The position numbers were made by a program, and so were the translations under genes. Below, one piece after another: positions 27,892 to 37,815 of a DNA stretch of 64,000 nt (within the stretch, counting starts at the first letter, position 1; the number at the start of each line of letters is the position of its first letter). Under the pieces are notes generated by a model. It had not been told where the DNA came from. It worked only from the letters and a program-made list of their open reading frames with translations, and searched no databases. The stretch covers positions 1,025-65,024 of the forward strand of contig JAJZTG010000004.1 of assembly GCA_021849125.1 (NCBI GenBank), read 5' to 3'. The stretch comes from a bacterium. GTDB lineage: Bacteria > Patescibacteriota > Minisyncoccia > Phycocordibacterales > Phycocordibacteraceae.

Positions 27892-29268
27892 ATGCAAACG
27901 CAAGATATTGCGATCAGCTACGTGCCGATCGCGAGCCTCACTCCCGCGCCTTATAACCCCCGCACCTGGACGGCGGAGGCGCTCGAGCAGCTCAAAGAAA
28001 GCCTGCGGCGATTCGGATTCGTCGATCCGGTCGTCGCCAACAAAGCGCCGGGCCGCGAGAACTTGGTGCTCGGCGGGCACATGCGGATCGTCGCGGCAAT
28101 GGAACTCGGCATCGAAAGCGTGCCCGTGGTGTACGTGAATATTCCGGACGAGCAGAAAGAGCGCGAACTCAATCTTCGCCTCAACAAGAACCAGGGCGAG
28201 TTCGATCTCGCGCTCTTGGCAGAATTCGACGAGTCGTTCCTCGAGGAGGTCGGCTTCTCGAGCGAAGAGCTCGATGCGATCTTCGAAGAGGAGAAGGAAG
28301 AAGAACTCTTCGATCTCGAGAAGGAGCTCGAGCGGATCGGAATCGAGGAAGTGAAGGTGCAGAAGGGCGACGTGTACGACCTGGACGGCTCGCGCCTCAT
28401 GTGCGGCGATTCGACGATCGAAGCCGATATGCTCAGACTCATGGGCGATCAGAAAGCGGACATGGTGATGACCGATCCCCCGTACATTCTTGATTACCTC
28501 CACGGCAAGGGGCGGCACGGTTCAGCAACGACCGGCTTCGGCGCGAAACGTAACCGGCGGTATCTCGAGACGGAAAGCCTGCCGGAAAACTTCACCGAAC
28601 TCTGGATGAACGCCGTCGCCAAAGTCCAAGCACCGGATTTCGCCATCATCGTGTACGAGAATTGGAAAAACATCCGGACGATATGGGACGAGATGGCGAA
28701 GCGCTGGAAGGTGCGGAACATGCTGGTGTGGCACCTCCCCAACCGGAACCAGGGCTACGCGGGCAAGCACAAGTTCTTCTCGAAGTACGATATCGCGATG
28801 GTCGGCACGAGCGACGCGGAACGCGAAGCCGACATGGGCGACGAGGACGAGCTCGTGCAGAACGAATACGAGACGGCGCTCTTCGCGATCTCGGGCAGGC
28901 CGCAGTGGGAGTCGTACGAGAAAGGCAAGAAATACTGCCCGACGGATTTCATCGACTTCAACGCGGCCGACGAAAAGTCCTCGGGACAGGCGATCATCTT
29001 CGGCACGAAGCCGGTCGAGATCCTGATTCCGTACATAAAGGTGCTCACCAAGCGCGGCCAGATCGTGCTTGAGCCATTCGGCGGGAGCGGGTCGACGCTC
29101 ATCGCCTCGAACACGATCGGACGCCGCTGCTACATCATGGAAAAATCCACGGTGTACGCGGAAGTCATCCTTAATCGCTGGACCAAATTCTCGGGCAAGA
29201 CGCCCACCAAACTCTATGCGGCAAATAGCGTCGGAGAAGTTGGCCCTGATTCTGGAGCTCAAGTCTAA
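27892..29268 (+). CDS. ParB-like nuclease domain fused to beta-class N6-adenine/N4-cytosine DNA methyltransferase
   Basis: N-terminal ParB/Srx motif (LVLGGHMRIVAAMELG); motif IV TDPPY followed by C-terminal motif I EPFGGSGST (beta-class order); high-GC segment inside the island. Confidence 0.85.
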   Translation: MQTQDIAISYVPIASLTPAPYNPRTWTAEALEQLKESLRRFGFVDPVVANKAPGRENLVLGGHMRIVAAMELGIESVPVVYVNIPDEQKERELNLRLNKNQGEFDLALLAEFDESFLEEVGFSSEELDAIFEEEKEEELFDLEKELERIGIEEVKVQKGDVYDLDGSRLMCGDSTIEADMLRLMGDQKADMVMTDPPYILDYLHGKGRHGSATTGFGAKRNRRYLETESLPENFTELWMNAVAKVQAPDFAIIVYENWKNIRTIWDEMAKRWKVRNMLVWHLPNRNQGYAGKHKFFSKYDIAMVGTSDAEREADMGDEDELVQNEYETALFAISGRPQWESYEKGKKYCPTDFIDFNAADEKSSGQAIIFGTKPVEILIPYIKVLTKRGQIVLEPFGGSGSTLIASNTIGRRCYIMEKSTVYAEVILNRWTKFSGKTPTKLYAANSVGEVGPDSGAQV

Positions 29269-29815
29269 CCCGATCGTGCTCGCCGCGTGCCGGAAACTCG
29301 GCATACCGACGAGCACGTATTACCGGTGGCGGGATCAGGACACGCGGTTCAGGAAAGAGGCGGACCGTTCGATCAGGAACGGCCGGAGGATGGTCAGCGA
29401 CATGGCCGAAGTTCATGTGCTTAAGGGCGTGAAGCATGGCGACAAGACTTATGTCATGTGGTGGCTCAAGACGTTCTCTCCCGCCTACAAGAAACAGGAG
29501 AAATCGGTAATCGAGATCCGGCAGAAAGACGCAGTGCCCAAGGCAAAGCCCGAAAAGCCGTCGAAGTGGCTGCAGCCGACTGTCCCCATGACCACTGACG
29601 AAGATCTTGAAAAAGCCGATCCGAAACTGGCCAAGCATCTGGAGAGAGCGGTCCGAGGAATCTTCAGGCGGAGCAAGCGTGAGGAAGCTCTCGAGCGCGC
29701 GCTTCGGAAAGCCAATGTGTCTCAGCAGGAGATTGATGCGCTCTTGCAGCAGGTCGACGAGGAGGAAAAGAAGAACGAAGAGCTGAACGAGATGTTCAGG
29801 AAGAAGAAATCCTGA
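29216..29815 (+). CDS. HTH DNA-binding protein (terminase-small-subunit/transposase-like HTH), start uncertain
   Basis: LGIPTSTYYRWRDQ helix-turn-helix; Lys/Glu-rich C-terminus; ORF extends upstream into the MTase in another frame. Confidence 0.45.
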   Translation: MRQIASEKLALILELKSNPIVLAACRKLGIPTSTYYRWRDQDTRFRKEADRSIRNGRRMVSDMAEVHVLKGVKHGDKTYVMWWLKTFSPAYKKQEKSVIEIRQKDAVPKAKPEKPSKWLQPTVPMTTDEDLEKADPKLAKHLERAVRGIFRRSKREEALERALRKANVSQQEIDALLQQVDEEEKKNEELNEMFRKKKS

Positions 29816-29822
29816 AGATTGC

Positions 29823-30278
29823 CTAAGCGCCGTCCCGGAGCTCGTCGAGCTTCTTCTTGATCTCGTACGGACGCTCGATGTGCGCGAACACGATTTCCTC
29901 TCCCCTGCTACCGGCAGTATTGATCCCGAGCGAGCCGGTCTTGTATATCCAGCTGTCGAGGATCGGCTCCACGACGGTGACGTCCGTTATCTTGGAGTAC
30001 TCGGTGGTGGTCAGGTTGGTCGAGAGGAAACCGCGATGGCATAGGACGCGACGGTCGGTGAATGCGAACGCATTCGCCGCCTTCGCGTATACGCCGTAGT
30101 ACCAGACGGCGATGCCGATTGCGATCAGGCCCCACATCCACGAAAGGAAGAAAACGAACACGCCGAAGAATATGCCGAGTCCCATGCAGACGTACCTGTA
30201 GCGATCGCCGACCGAGAATTCGTACTTCACTTCTTCGTCCTTGTTGAGGACCTTGTCCCAAATATGCTGATGCTTCAT
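29823..30278 (-). CDS. Bacterial PH-domain (bPH_2/YdbS-like) membrane protein
   Basis: Two TM helices followed by AFTDRRV... PH-like domain; start chosen at MKHQHIW. Confidence 0.55.
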   Translation of the reverse strand: MKHQHIWDKVLNKDEEVKYEFSVGDRYRYVCMGLGIFFGVFVFFLSWMWGLIAIGIAVWYYGVYAKAANAFAFTDRRVLCHRGFLSTNLTTTEYSKITDVTVVEPILDSWIYKTGSLGINTAGSRGEEIVFAHIERPYEIKKKLDELRDGA

Positions 30279-30537
30279 AGGATTACGCGAGTTGGTAATT
30301 CCTGAGAAGCGGGTACACAAAACCCGCCACCAGGAGCCCTTGCGGGCCTATAGGAGTTTCCCCCTATAACGCATCGAACGCCCTGATGACGGGTTTTCTA
30401 GGTTCGATGCGATTTGTGACCATGCCAGCGGCCGGAGCCATTAGTTTAGGTCGTTACTAGCACAGGGCTAGTACTTAAAGAGTAGCTTAGATAAACGGGT
30501 TTGCGAAGAGGTCCACCAACAGCTAGCAAACAGAGAG

Positions 30538-31506
30538 CTATTTTCGACTTTTTAGGCTTTCGTGTGCGCCTACAAGTAATTGGAGAGCAGCAGCCTGGAA
30601 ACGGTGGTCAGTAACTAGCTGAGGAATTTGGATTGCGCGCACAGATTCCGGAAGAGAATAGTTGGCAAAAACCGAAGATTTTTTGCAGCGCATATCATCA
30701 GCGGGCACCACATCAAGCAATGGCCCATACTCCGCCTCGAAAGTTGTGAGCTTCGATTGAAGTGCCTTCTCGAAATCAAGTGGACGTGATTTTATGTATC
30801 GATGGTTTTTAAAGCCGACCCGCGAAGCCAGCTCCATCAAATCTTTTGCTTCCACGCCCTTCCCTAGAGCCTTCCTCATCAATAGACTCTCATTACTAAC
30901 ATGGTCTCGAATGAATGAGTACTGTTCCAATAAATCAATCCTTTTTCGATGGAGTGTTGCAACAATCAAGGATTCTTGAGCATATGCGCGAAAGGTTCCT
31001 CGGTCGTGGTGCTGCAGAAGTCTGAGAATCTCTGAAACCGCACTTTCGAAATTGCCGATTAAAAGATGTCGTTCAAGTCCGTAATAATAAAGAAATACAT
31101 AACTCAGATTTGTTGGCTTAGTGATATCCCTTAACCAGGAGAGATATTGATATCGATGTTTGGGGGAGAGACGAGAATACGATGGGTAATACATCGGTTC
31201 TTTCTCCAGTTCGTCGTTCTCCTCTACGGGCAATTTTGTCCAAATCAAACTAGGTTCTCCAAAAAAATTATGCCCATCATCAACGTGCGTTTCTACCTCA
31301 CCTGACGAAACGGAAATTGTCATCTTAATTGCCATCGGTGAGGCAATTTTCGATACATCTTCAAAAGTAACCCAGAGAAGTGATTTTGTGGGTTCGGGTA
31401 TGACGAACTGCTTTTTGAGAGACGCGGGAGTATGCACAATGAGTCCCGTAGCCGCTTGTTCCTCAACATCGTGTCTAAGGAAGCGAGAAAGATCCATGTT
31501 AGACAC
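30538..31506 (-). CDS. Hypothetical protein (island operon member)
   Basis: 322-aa ORF, 8-nt overlap with the upstream DUF2779 gene; low-GC. Confidence 0.5.
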   Translation of the reverse strand: MSNMDLSRFLRHDVEEQAATGLIVHTPASLKKQFVIPEPTKSLLWVTFEDVSKIASPMAIKMTISVSSGEVETHVDDGHNFFGEPSLIWTKLPVEENDELEKEPMYYPSYSRLSPKHRYQYLSWLRDITKPTNLSYVFLYYYGLERHLLIGNFESAVSEILRLLQHHDRGTFRAYAQESLIVATLHRKRIDLLEQYSFIRDHVSNESLLMRKALGKGVEAKDLMELASRVGFKNHRYIKSRPLDFEKALQSKLTTFEAEYGPLLDVVPADDMRCKKSSVFANYSLPESVRAIQIPQLVTDHRFQAAALQLLVGAHESLKSRK

Positions 31507-33004
31507 CCACGGCCAGCTGGTAGAGATGCTTCCAAATCACGTACATCGCGAATGTGTCGCGTCCGCAATATATCCTTAGATCTGATGCGATTTGCCTACG
31601 TTCTTCTTCAGGAGCCGTGGGGGATATCATTGACCACCAGGCATCGGAAGCCTGACCGCCTTCATGGATGTTAAGATCTCCGTAATTAAGGTCAGGCGCA
31701 AGCGCGGGAAGCACCTTCTTGATAGAAGTTTTACCTCGAAATTCAGGGTGGACGTAATACTGCTTATGGAATACGTCCTTCAGGTCGTACATCTGTTCAT
31801 TGATCCTTTCCAGAGCCGCCTTGTGATCTGGCAAGCGTGCAGCCATCTCTCTGTTCACACCCTGCTCGAAACTTTTGTTCCAAGAAATAATACTACCCTT
31901 TGCACCGATGCTTCGCACCAACAGATCAGCGAGTGGTTTTGATGGGTCAGATGCGATTTCATGCAGATACTCAACATGTTCCGGTTCGACTGAAGGGTCT
32001 CGAAGAATATGGAGAGAGAATTGAAACGGGATACGACTATATGGGCTATAGCCGTTGAACATGGGAATGGCAGGCGCAAAGGTCTCATAATCTAGGAAAT
32101 AAAGCGGAAAGGTCAACTGCTCCAATTCCTCCCGTATCCTATCGACTTCGATAATTGCCGTTTGCGAGCGATGCACTCGTAGCTGATTCACTTGGATTTC
32201 ACTTAGTTCGATATCAGCCGGAACATCGTTAAGATCGAAAAGTCGCCGCTCGACCATTATTGAGAGTTTCTTCTTACTATTTCCGATACGAGCCAGATCA
32301 TGTATGGAGTACTCCGGCACGTCCGGATTTGAGTATTTGAAGGTTGAGCAATGAGAGCTTCTTCCTGAATAGACACAATCACATCCTTCGGAGGGTTCGT
32401 CTGTTCTTGAAAGATATCCCTTTGCCGCGTCCATCTTTTCTTCAATTTCCGACAAACGGGCGGCTATCTTCTCACTCATGTCCTCCACTAGAAACATCTT
32501 GTCGAGCTCCAAATCTCCGGCGCGCACATATTCTTTGTTGAGATGTATGAGGAAGTATTTGCCAACTTCCACCCTAGCCCGCTTTAGGACGGACGCCTGA
32601 AATGCGAGATCGTCTATGTGGCTTCGATCTGACCCCTCTTCCTTGATCGAATTGGTGCCTTTTATCTCGTAGATATCCCATCGCCTGCTCGTCTCGTCAT
32701 AACCGAGAACATCAACCTTCGTGATAAACCCATCAACAACGAAAGTTGCCTGGAAGATGGCCGAAACCCTTGCGAGCACGAGCCTTTCGGTTTCTCTAAC
32801 TGCCTCGTCCTCGGTAGCAGTTACCTGCACACCTCCTGGGAAAAGATTGCGCGCGTATGTCTCCACTTCGTTTCCCTGCTCGACTAATTGCAACTCGAAT
32901 GGCGAGAGCGAGAACATGTCGAGCAACTCCGGCTTGTGCCGTTTAAGCCAGATATTTTTCGGACACATTAGAAACTCGAGAAAGGTAGTTTTGGAGATCA
33001 TCAT
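31499..33004 (-). CDS. DUF2779-like protein (predicted PD-(D/E)xK-type nuclease N-domain plus RNase-H-like C-domain)
   Basis: N-terminus ISKTTFLEFLMCPKNIWLKRHKPE resembles the DUF2779 signature; C-terminal RIYCGRDTFAMYVIWK. Confidence 0.55.
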   Translation of the reverse strand: MMISKTTFLEFLMCPKNIWLKRHKPELLDMFSLSPFELQLVEQGNEVETYARNLFPGGVQVTATEDEAVRETERLVLARVSAIFQATFVVDGFITKVDVLGYDETSRRWDIYEIKGTNSIKEEGSDRSHIDDLAFQASVLKRARVEVGKYFLIHLNKEYVRAGDLELDKMFLVEDMSEKIAARLSEIEEKMDAAKGYLSRTDEPSEGCDCVYSGRSSHCSTFKYSNPDVPEYSIHDLARIGNSKKKLSIMVERRLFDLNDVPADIELSEIQVNQLRVHRSQTAIIEVDRIREELEQLTFPLYFLDYETFAPAIPMFNGYSPYSRIPFQFSLHILRDPSVEPEHVEYLHEIASDPSKPLADLLVRSIGAKGSIISWNKSFEQGVNREMAARLPDHKAALERINEQMYDLKDVFHKQYYVHPEFRGKTSIKKVLPALAPDLNYGDLNIHEGGQASDAWWSMISPTAPEEERRQIASDLRIYCGRDTFAMYVIWKHLYQLAVGV

Positions 33005-33014
33005 GGAACGATAC

Positions 33015-36000
33015 CTAAATAACGGGTTTTATTCCTAGTTCTTCCAATTTTCCCCACAAACTATCAAGTGCCCCTTCTTTGTGGCGATAGAACGAACTAC
33101 CTGTGATACGCCAAAATTCCCATCCCGCACGACGCAATTGTCGTTCGCGTACTTGATCTTCTTCCCAATTCTCGAGCGTATGATACTGATCTCCGTCACA
33201 CTCCACCGCAAGACGAGCTTCGGCACCCTGCACGACTAAATCGATACGGTAACCAATTACGGGATATTCCGGCAGGACCTGATATCCCTTATCAAGGATG
33301 AGATTCCCAACCTCATATGAGAATTGTGATGCTCGTCCAGAATCGAATTCTTTCTTAAGTGCTTCCCGACCCGCCTTGAGCTCTTCTTTCTTCGGATCGT
33401 AGTACCAATTGAGGAGCTTGAATCGCCAGTCGTTCTGATTTCTGAATTCTTCCAAGGGAATTGAATGGAAAAGGAATACCTGGTCGCGTGCGCGAGTGGC
33501 AGCCACATTGAAGCGCTGCGCTGCCCCCTTGTCAGTGAGAGGGGCGATGGTGTCATTTGGTTTGTTGGGATCGAGAGCTCGGACCATCGATAGGAGCATT
33601 ACGTCGCGTTCATCGCCTTGAAAGGCGTAAGCGTCTCCGCAGATGATTTTTCGCTCTTCGATCACCTTCTCTCCGATCTTGGGATGCTTCAAAATGAGAT
33701 CCTTGATGTATTTTGCTTGGTCCTCAGCAAGCAAGGAGATAACCCCGAATGTGCAGAGATGACCATCTGGCCGCTTCTGATAATTCGGATCTTCAAGAAG
33801 CTCAACGAGTTTATCGACAATCGCCTTCGCCTCGGGCTCGTTTACCTTGTTGTTTGTATTTTGATATCCACCCCCAATTAAGATAGGCACGAGAGCCGGT
33901 TTAAGAAGACCTTTCGGATTAGGATGCCGAAGCGGCTGAAGCTTGTGGTCATAAATATAATGATTACTAAATTCGATAATATCTGGAACACATCTAAAAT
34001 GTTCATTCAGTTGGATCATGTTAGGAATTCTTATCTTCGCCAGGTCAAAGAGGCTCGAAGTTATCGAGAAATTATCCTTATGAGGGATATCGAAGAGGAA
34101 TCGAGAAATGAGTTCAAAGATCTTTTCTTGATCCTGGAAGATTCCCGCCGGGCTGATCTGGTCAGGGTCACCCACGACAAGCAATTTCTTACCAAGATAA
34201 CCGATAGTAAGACCGCGAATATCGCACTGACTTGCCTCATCGAAGATCACGACATCGAACATGCCGGGAATAGGATCTGAGAACATTTGAGCTACGCGGT
34301 GCAAGGGCATGATCCATACAGGGACCGCATTCTTTGCCTCCTTAAGAGACTGCTGCGCCGAATTGAGCCACTTGTTGGCATATTTGCCGGTTCCCTTTCC
34401 GTACTTCTTCATCGCATCGGACCATGCCATCAGAGCATCGCGCTGACGCTTGGTAACCTTGTCGATTTGGCGCTGCCAGGCAAGCACCGTAACAAGCTCA
34501 GAATTCAGTTCGAATTCTTTCTTGGTCAGACGCTCGAGCTGACCCTGGAGATTGTCGATGTCGTCATGATCGTGAATGCTATTGAGCCACGATTCGAGTC
34601 GAGCGACCTTCCAAGCCACGAGCAAATTGTCCGGACATTCAAATTTCTGCTTCTGATCAGCAAGCTCGATGATCTCTCCGCAAAGTTGAGGAACCTGCTT
34701 CTTAAGCAGTTCGCACAATTCATTGATCCTAATGGCCTTCTCTTTCTTTCCTACAAGTAGATCAAGCTTCTCAGTGCAGCTTTTCCAACCGGAAGAATTA
34801 TGCTTCACAATTGCCTGTGCAAGCTCATCAACAATTGCGTGCTGTGTGCGGAAATTCACAGATGATCGAATGGCTTCTTCCCATTCAGTAAATGACTTCT
34901 CGAGGTTCTTTAGCTCGAAAGCAGCCGCGCGTGACGCAGTAAGTTCGATGGCAGTATCAATATCTTCCTTTTTGATAAATGAGAGATCGGAGAGTTCCTT
35001 TACCTCATTGAAGCAAGCGTCGATGGCTGAGAAATCAGAGCGGTAATTCACCAATCTCTGAAGGCCCGCAACGAATACCTCGAGCTTAACCATATCGAGG
35101 CGATCCATGTCGATTTCAAGCGGATTCTTGAGCGTCGACAGACCTTGTTCGAGAAGCGTCTTGATGTCGCGCTCCGCAGACTCAACAAGTATCGAGTTCC
35201 GCAGGATCTCTACCCTCTCCGGACTGTCTGGCTCGACACCATCCACCTTGTACATTTCAAGAATGCGCTTTGCGTTTCCAGGAAGGAGCATTTTACCGAA
35301 TGTTCCCAACTTGCCCTTTGATGCTTTTGCATATAACGCTTCTATCGCTTCACGGAGATCATGAGGTGAGAGATTCGATTGTCCTGAAATGATGTGACCG
35401 ATTGAGCTGTTCTTACCCTTTGCAACAATCTGAATCTTATCTGAAATCTTTGAAAGAATGGTGGACCACTTTTCGCGCTCATTCTGACTAATAGTGCATG
35501 CGTCGAAGATTTCCTGTTCGTAGTCTTTATTGATTGATCCCAAGACCCTCTTTGCCTTGTTGAGCAATTCCCACAGCTGACCCAGTTTCTCTTGATCAAT
35601 CTTTGCCTTACTGAATGCCTCGTCAGAAGATTTAGATTTTGCGCTGAGATCACGATATGAGGCAAAAGCACTGAGCACCACATCTTCATTTGGAAGGGTT
35701 GAAGGATCAGGCAGATCCTCTTTGTAGAGGGTACGATCTACAGCTTCTACTTCTCGAGCGAGATCGTAGAGCTCCTGCAGATCTTCTTCGGTAAATTCAG
35801 GATCAGCATCGAATGGAACCTTATCGGTGAACCACGCAACAGCTTCGTTATCTTTATTCTTATCAACAAACTTTGCAGCATCGATCGGCTTAATTTCTGC
35901 ACCATCAATAACTAACTTCTCTGATGAATCAGTGAGAATGTACTGCCGGATCTTTGATGCAAGAGTGGCTTTCTCTTCACGAACCTTCTTAAGATCTCTT

Positions 36001-37811
36001 CGAACATTCTCCGCTCGAGCATCGCTGAATTTGGTATCTCTTTCACCCAAATTTGAGCTAATTTCCGCGATCGATTGCTGAAGCACGTCATCGCGCTTCG
36101 CGGTCTGCTGCAATTGAGATACTGCAAGGCTTCTGATGTTTTCAGGAAGCTTGTCACGCAAGACCTCCAGGGCTTTACTGGTTTGAGAAGTCACCAACAC
36201 GCTTTTACCTTCTGCAAGGAAGCGTGAGATCAGGTTTGCAATAGTGTGACTCTTTCCGGTGCCCGGTGGACCTTTTACGACAACACCATAATTTGCGTCG
36301 AGTCGTTCCGCGATTCTTTTCTGTTCATCATTCCAAGGCAATGGGAAAAAGAGCTCTGATTCAGGAATAGAGACATTGCCGCCTGCTGCCCTCTCGCCAG
36401 ATCCATCATGGGCACCTATAGGAGCCTCGTCATATTCACCAACGAGGTCAGCAATGAATTCGGTTGCTTCAACACCATATTGTTCGATATCTTTTCGAAT
36501 AGTGGCCGCGTACTTTGACCACATATCGTTTGTTCGCTTGCGTGCGAAGATCACTGGCGCATTCCAGATGCTTGGATTCTTTGAAGCCGTAGGGGCCGAT
36601 ACGATTTCATCGGTGAATTGATCCTCTCCATCCGGTGAGATGTAGTTGATAAGCGTCTGAGCCTGGCCTTTCAGTGTCTCAAGGTGCCAGAAGTCAAAAG
36701 GGTTGGTATTGATGGTATCTCCCCACGTGATGAGATCCATTTCTGCCGGGTTGTCAGTTTCATAGAGCGCTGAAGTCTCTACAAAATTTCTGAACATGGG
36801 ATCAGGATTGATCTCAATTGTTCGCTTTGAGGCATCGAAATCGAGCGTGAGCGGGCTTAAGAAGATCGGAGTGTAGATCGTACCTACACCTTGATGCTGC
36901 CAGGCCAAAACACCGTGACCCAAAAGGAGTTCATAGTTGTCGCCTTCATTCTTGAGAAGCAATCGGAGTGCGTAAAGCTGATCATAAAGAAGGTTTGCCT
37001 TATAGACTTTCTTCACCTGCTCTGCCCAAGGTTTCCAGTCATTCTCGGTATACCCATTGAGAAGCTTCGCGAGCGCCGGATGATCCACCCAATGATCAGG
37101 CTCATATCTCACACTAATGATTTCTGGTAGCTTGTTTGGCAAAATAGTTACCCAATCCTTCAAGCTTTCAGGAATATCATCTCCTTGCTCGTAATTCTTG
37201 CGGAAGTCTCTGAATTCCTTCTCACGATCCTTGTCATCAGCAAATCGGACCTTGCGATCGATCTTTTCTTTAGCAATCGGTGCTTGCAACGGATTCACTT
37301 CGTCAATCCATTCTTCGAGAAGGCTTGGCAACTCCGGTGCTGCTTTGATGTTTTTCTTTTCTACCTTGAGCCAAGAAGTGGACTGTACACCCTCAGGAGT
37401 TTTTTCAGTATCAAAAGGACGGATGGTTAGGTTCTCGAGATCTGTTGGATAGTCAGCAAGCCACCAAGGGGAAGGTGCTGCACTAGTGGTGCGGAAATCT
37501 CTAATAATTGAATCATCAATTGCGAGAGCTTTCTCCAAATATGTAAAGAGTCGGATGACTTTATTTTGTGCTTCTGCAGAAAGATTGGAGACACGCTTCA
37601 CCCGAGACTCTGTAACCTCAATATCCGTGGGGCTTGAGATCTCAACGACAGACTTCTGATTCTTGAGAATTTCGCGTTGCTGCTTCATGGCTTCCGCTTT
37701 GCATTCAGAACACACCGTGCCCTGTTTGACTTTGTGTTTCTTGCAGACAGTGCATAGAGGTTTGGTTGCCCAATATCGCCTTGCATCAAATTTGCTGCGA
37801 TAGGGCGACAT
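33015..37811 (-). CDS. 1598-aa SF1 (Upf1-like, AAA_11/AAA_12) helicase with N-terminal zinc ribbon and DUF4011-like region and C-terminal DUF559/Vsr-like endonuclease domain (Hhe-like)
   Basis: CTVCKKHK...CSECK zinc ribbon; Walker A GPPGTGKSH; motif II VVIFDEASQ; LVVGDPDQISP; motif VI NVAATRARD; C-terminal GYRIDLVVQGAEARLAVECDGDQYH (DUF559/MTES_1575-type). Confidence 0.85.
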   Translation of the reverse strand: MSPYRSKFDARRYWATKPLCTVCKKHKVKQGTVCSECKAEAMKQQREILKNQKSVVEISSPTDIEVTESRVKRVSNLSAEAQNKVIRLFTYLEKALAIDDSIIRDFRTTSAAPSPWWLADYPTDLENLTIRPFDTEKTPEGVQSTSWLKVEKKNIKAAPELPSLLEEWIDEVNPLQAPIAKEKIDRKVRFADDKDREKEFRDFRKNYEQGDDIPESLKDWVTILPNKLPEIISVRYEPDHWVDHPALAKLLNGYTENDWKPWAEQVKKVYKANLLYDQLYALRLLLKNEGDNYELLLGHGVLAWQHQGVGTIYTPIFLSPLTLDFDASKRTIEINPDPMFRNFVETSALYETDNPAEMDLITWGDTINTNPFDFWHLETLKGQAQTLINYISPDGEDQFTDEIVSAPTASKNPSIWNAPVIFARKRTNDMWSKYAATIRKDIEQYGVEATEFIADLVGEYDEAPIGAHDGSGERAAGGNVSIPESELFFPLPWNDEQKRIAERLDANYGVVVKGPPGTGKSHTIANLISRFLAEGKSVLVTSQTSKALEVLRDKLPENIRSLAVSQLQQTAKRDDVLQQSIAEISSNLGERDTKFSDARAENVRRDLKKVREEKATLASKIRQYILTDSSEKLVIDGAEIKPIDAAKFVDKNKDNEAVAWFTDKVPFDADPEFTEEDLQELYDLAREVEAVDRTLYKEDLPDPSTLPNEDVVLSAFASYRDLSAKSKSSDEAFSKAKIDQEKLGQLWELLNKAKRVLGSINKDYEQEIFDACTISQNEREKWSTILSKISDKIQIVAKGKNSSIGHIISGQSNLSPHDLREAIEALYAKASKGKLGTFGKMLLPGNAKRILEMYKVDGVEPDSPERVEILRNSILVESAERDIKTLLEQGLSTLKNPLEIDMDRLDMVKLEVFVAGLQRLVNYRSDFSAIDACFNEVKELSDLSFIKKEDIDTAIELTASRAAAFELKNLEKSFTEWEEAIRSSVNFRTQHAIVDELAQAIVKHNSSGWKSCTEKLDLLVGKKEKAIRINELCELLKKQVPQLCGEIIELADQKQKFECPDNLLVAWKVARLESWLNSIHDHDDIDNLQGQLERLTKKEFELNSELVTVLAWQRQIDKVTKRQRDALMAWSDAMKKYGKGTGKYANKWLNSAQQSLKEAKNAVPVWIMPLHRVAQMFSDPIPGMFDVVIFDEASQCDIRGLTIGYLGKKLLVVGDPDQISPAGIFQDQEKIFELISRFLFDIPHKDNFSITSSLFDLAKIRIPNMIQLNEHFRCVPDIIEFSNHYIYDHKLQPLRHPNPKGLLKPALVPILIGGGYQNTNNKVNEPEAKAIVDKLVELLEDPNYQKRPDGHLCTFGVISLLAEDQAKYIKDLILKHPKIGEKVIEERKIICGDAYAFQGDERDVMLLSMVRALDPNKPNDTIAPLTDKGAAQRFNVAATRARDQVFLFHSIPLEEFRNQNDWRFKLLNWYYDPKKEELKAGREALKKEFDSGRASQFSYEVGNLILDKGYQVLPEYPVIGYRIDLVVQGAEARLAVECDGDQYHTLENWEEDQVRERQLRRAGWEFWRITGSSFYRHKEGALDSLWGKLEELGIKPVI

Positions 37812-37815
37812 ATCA

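Noticed and set aside
29069-29215. Upstream extension of the HTH ORF
   Set aside because: Overlaps 200 nt of the MTase coding region in another frame with a Pro/Arg/Ser-rich translation; the internal ATG at 29216 is preferred, though the start is still uncertain.
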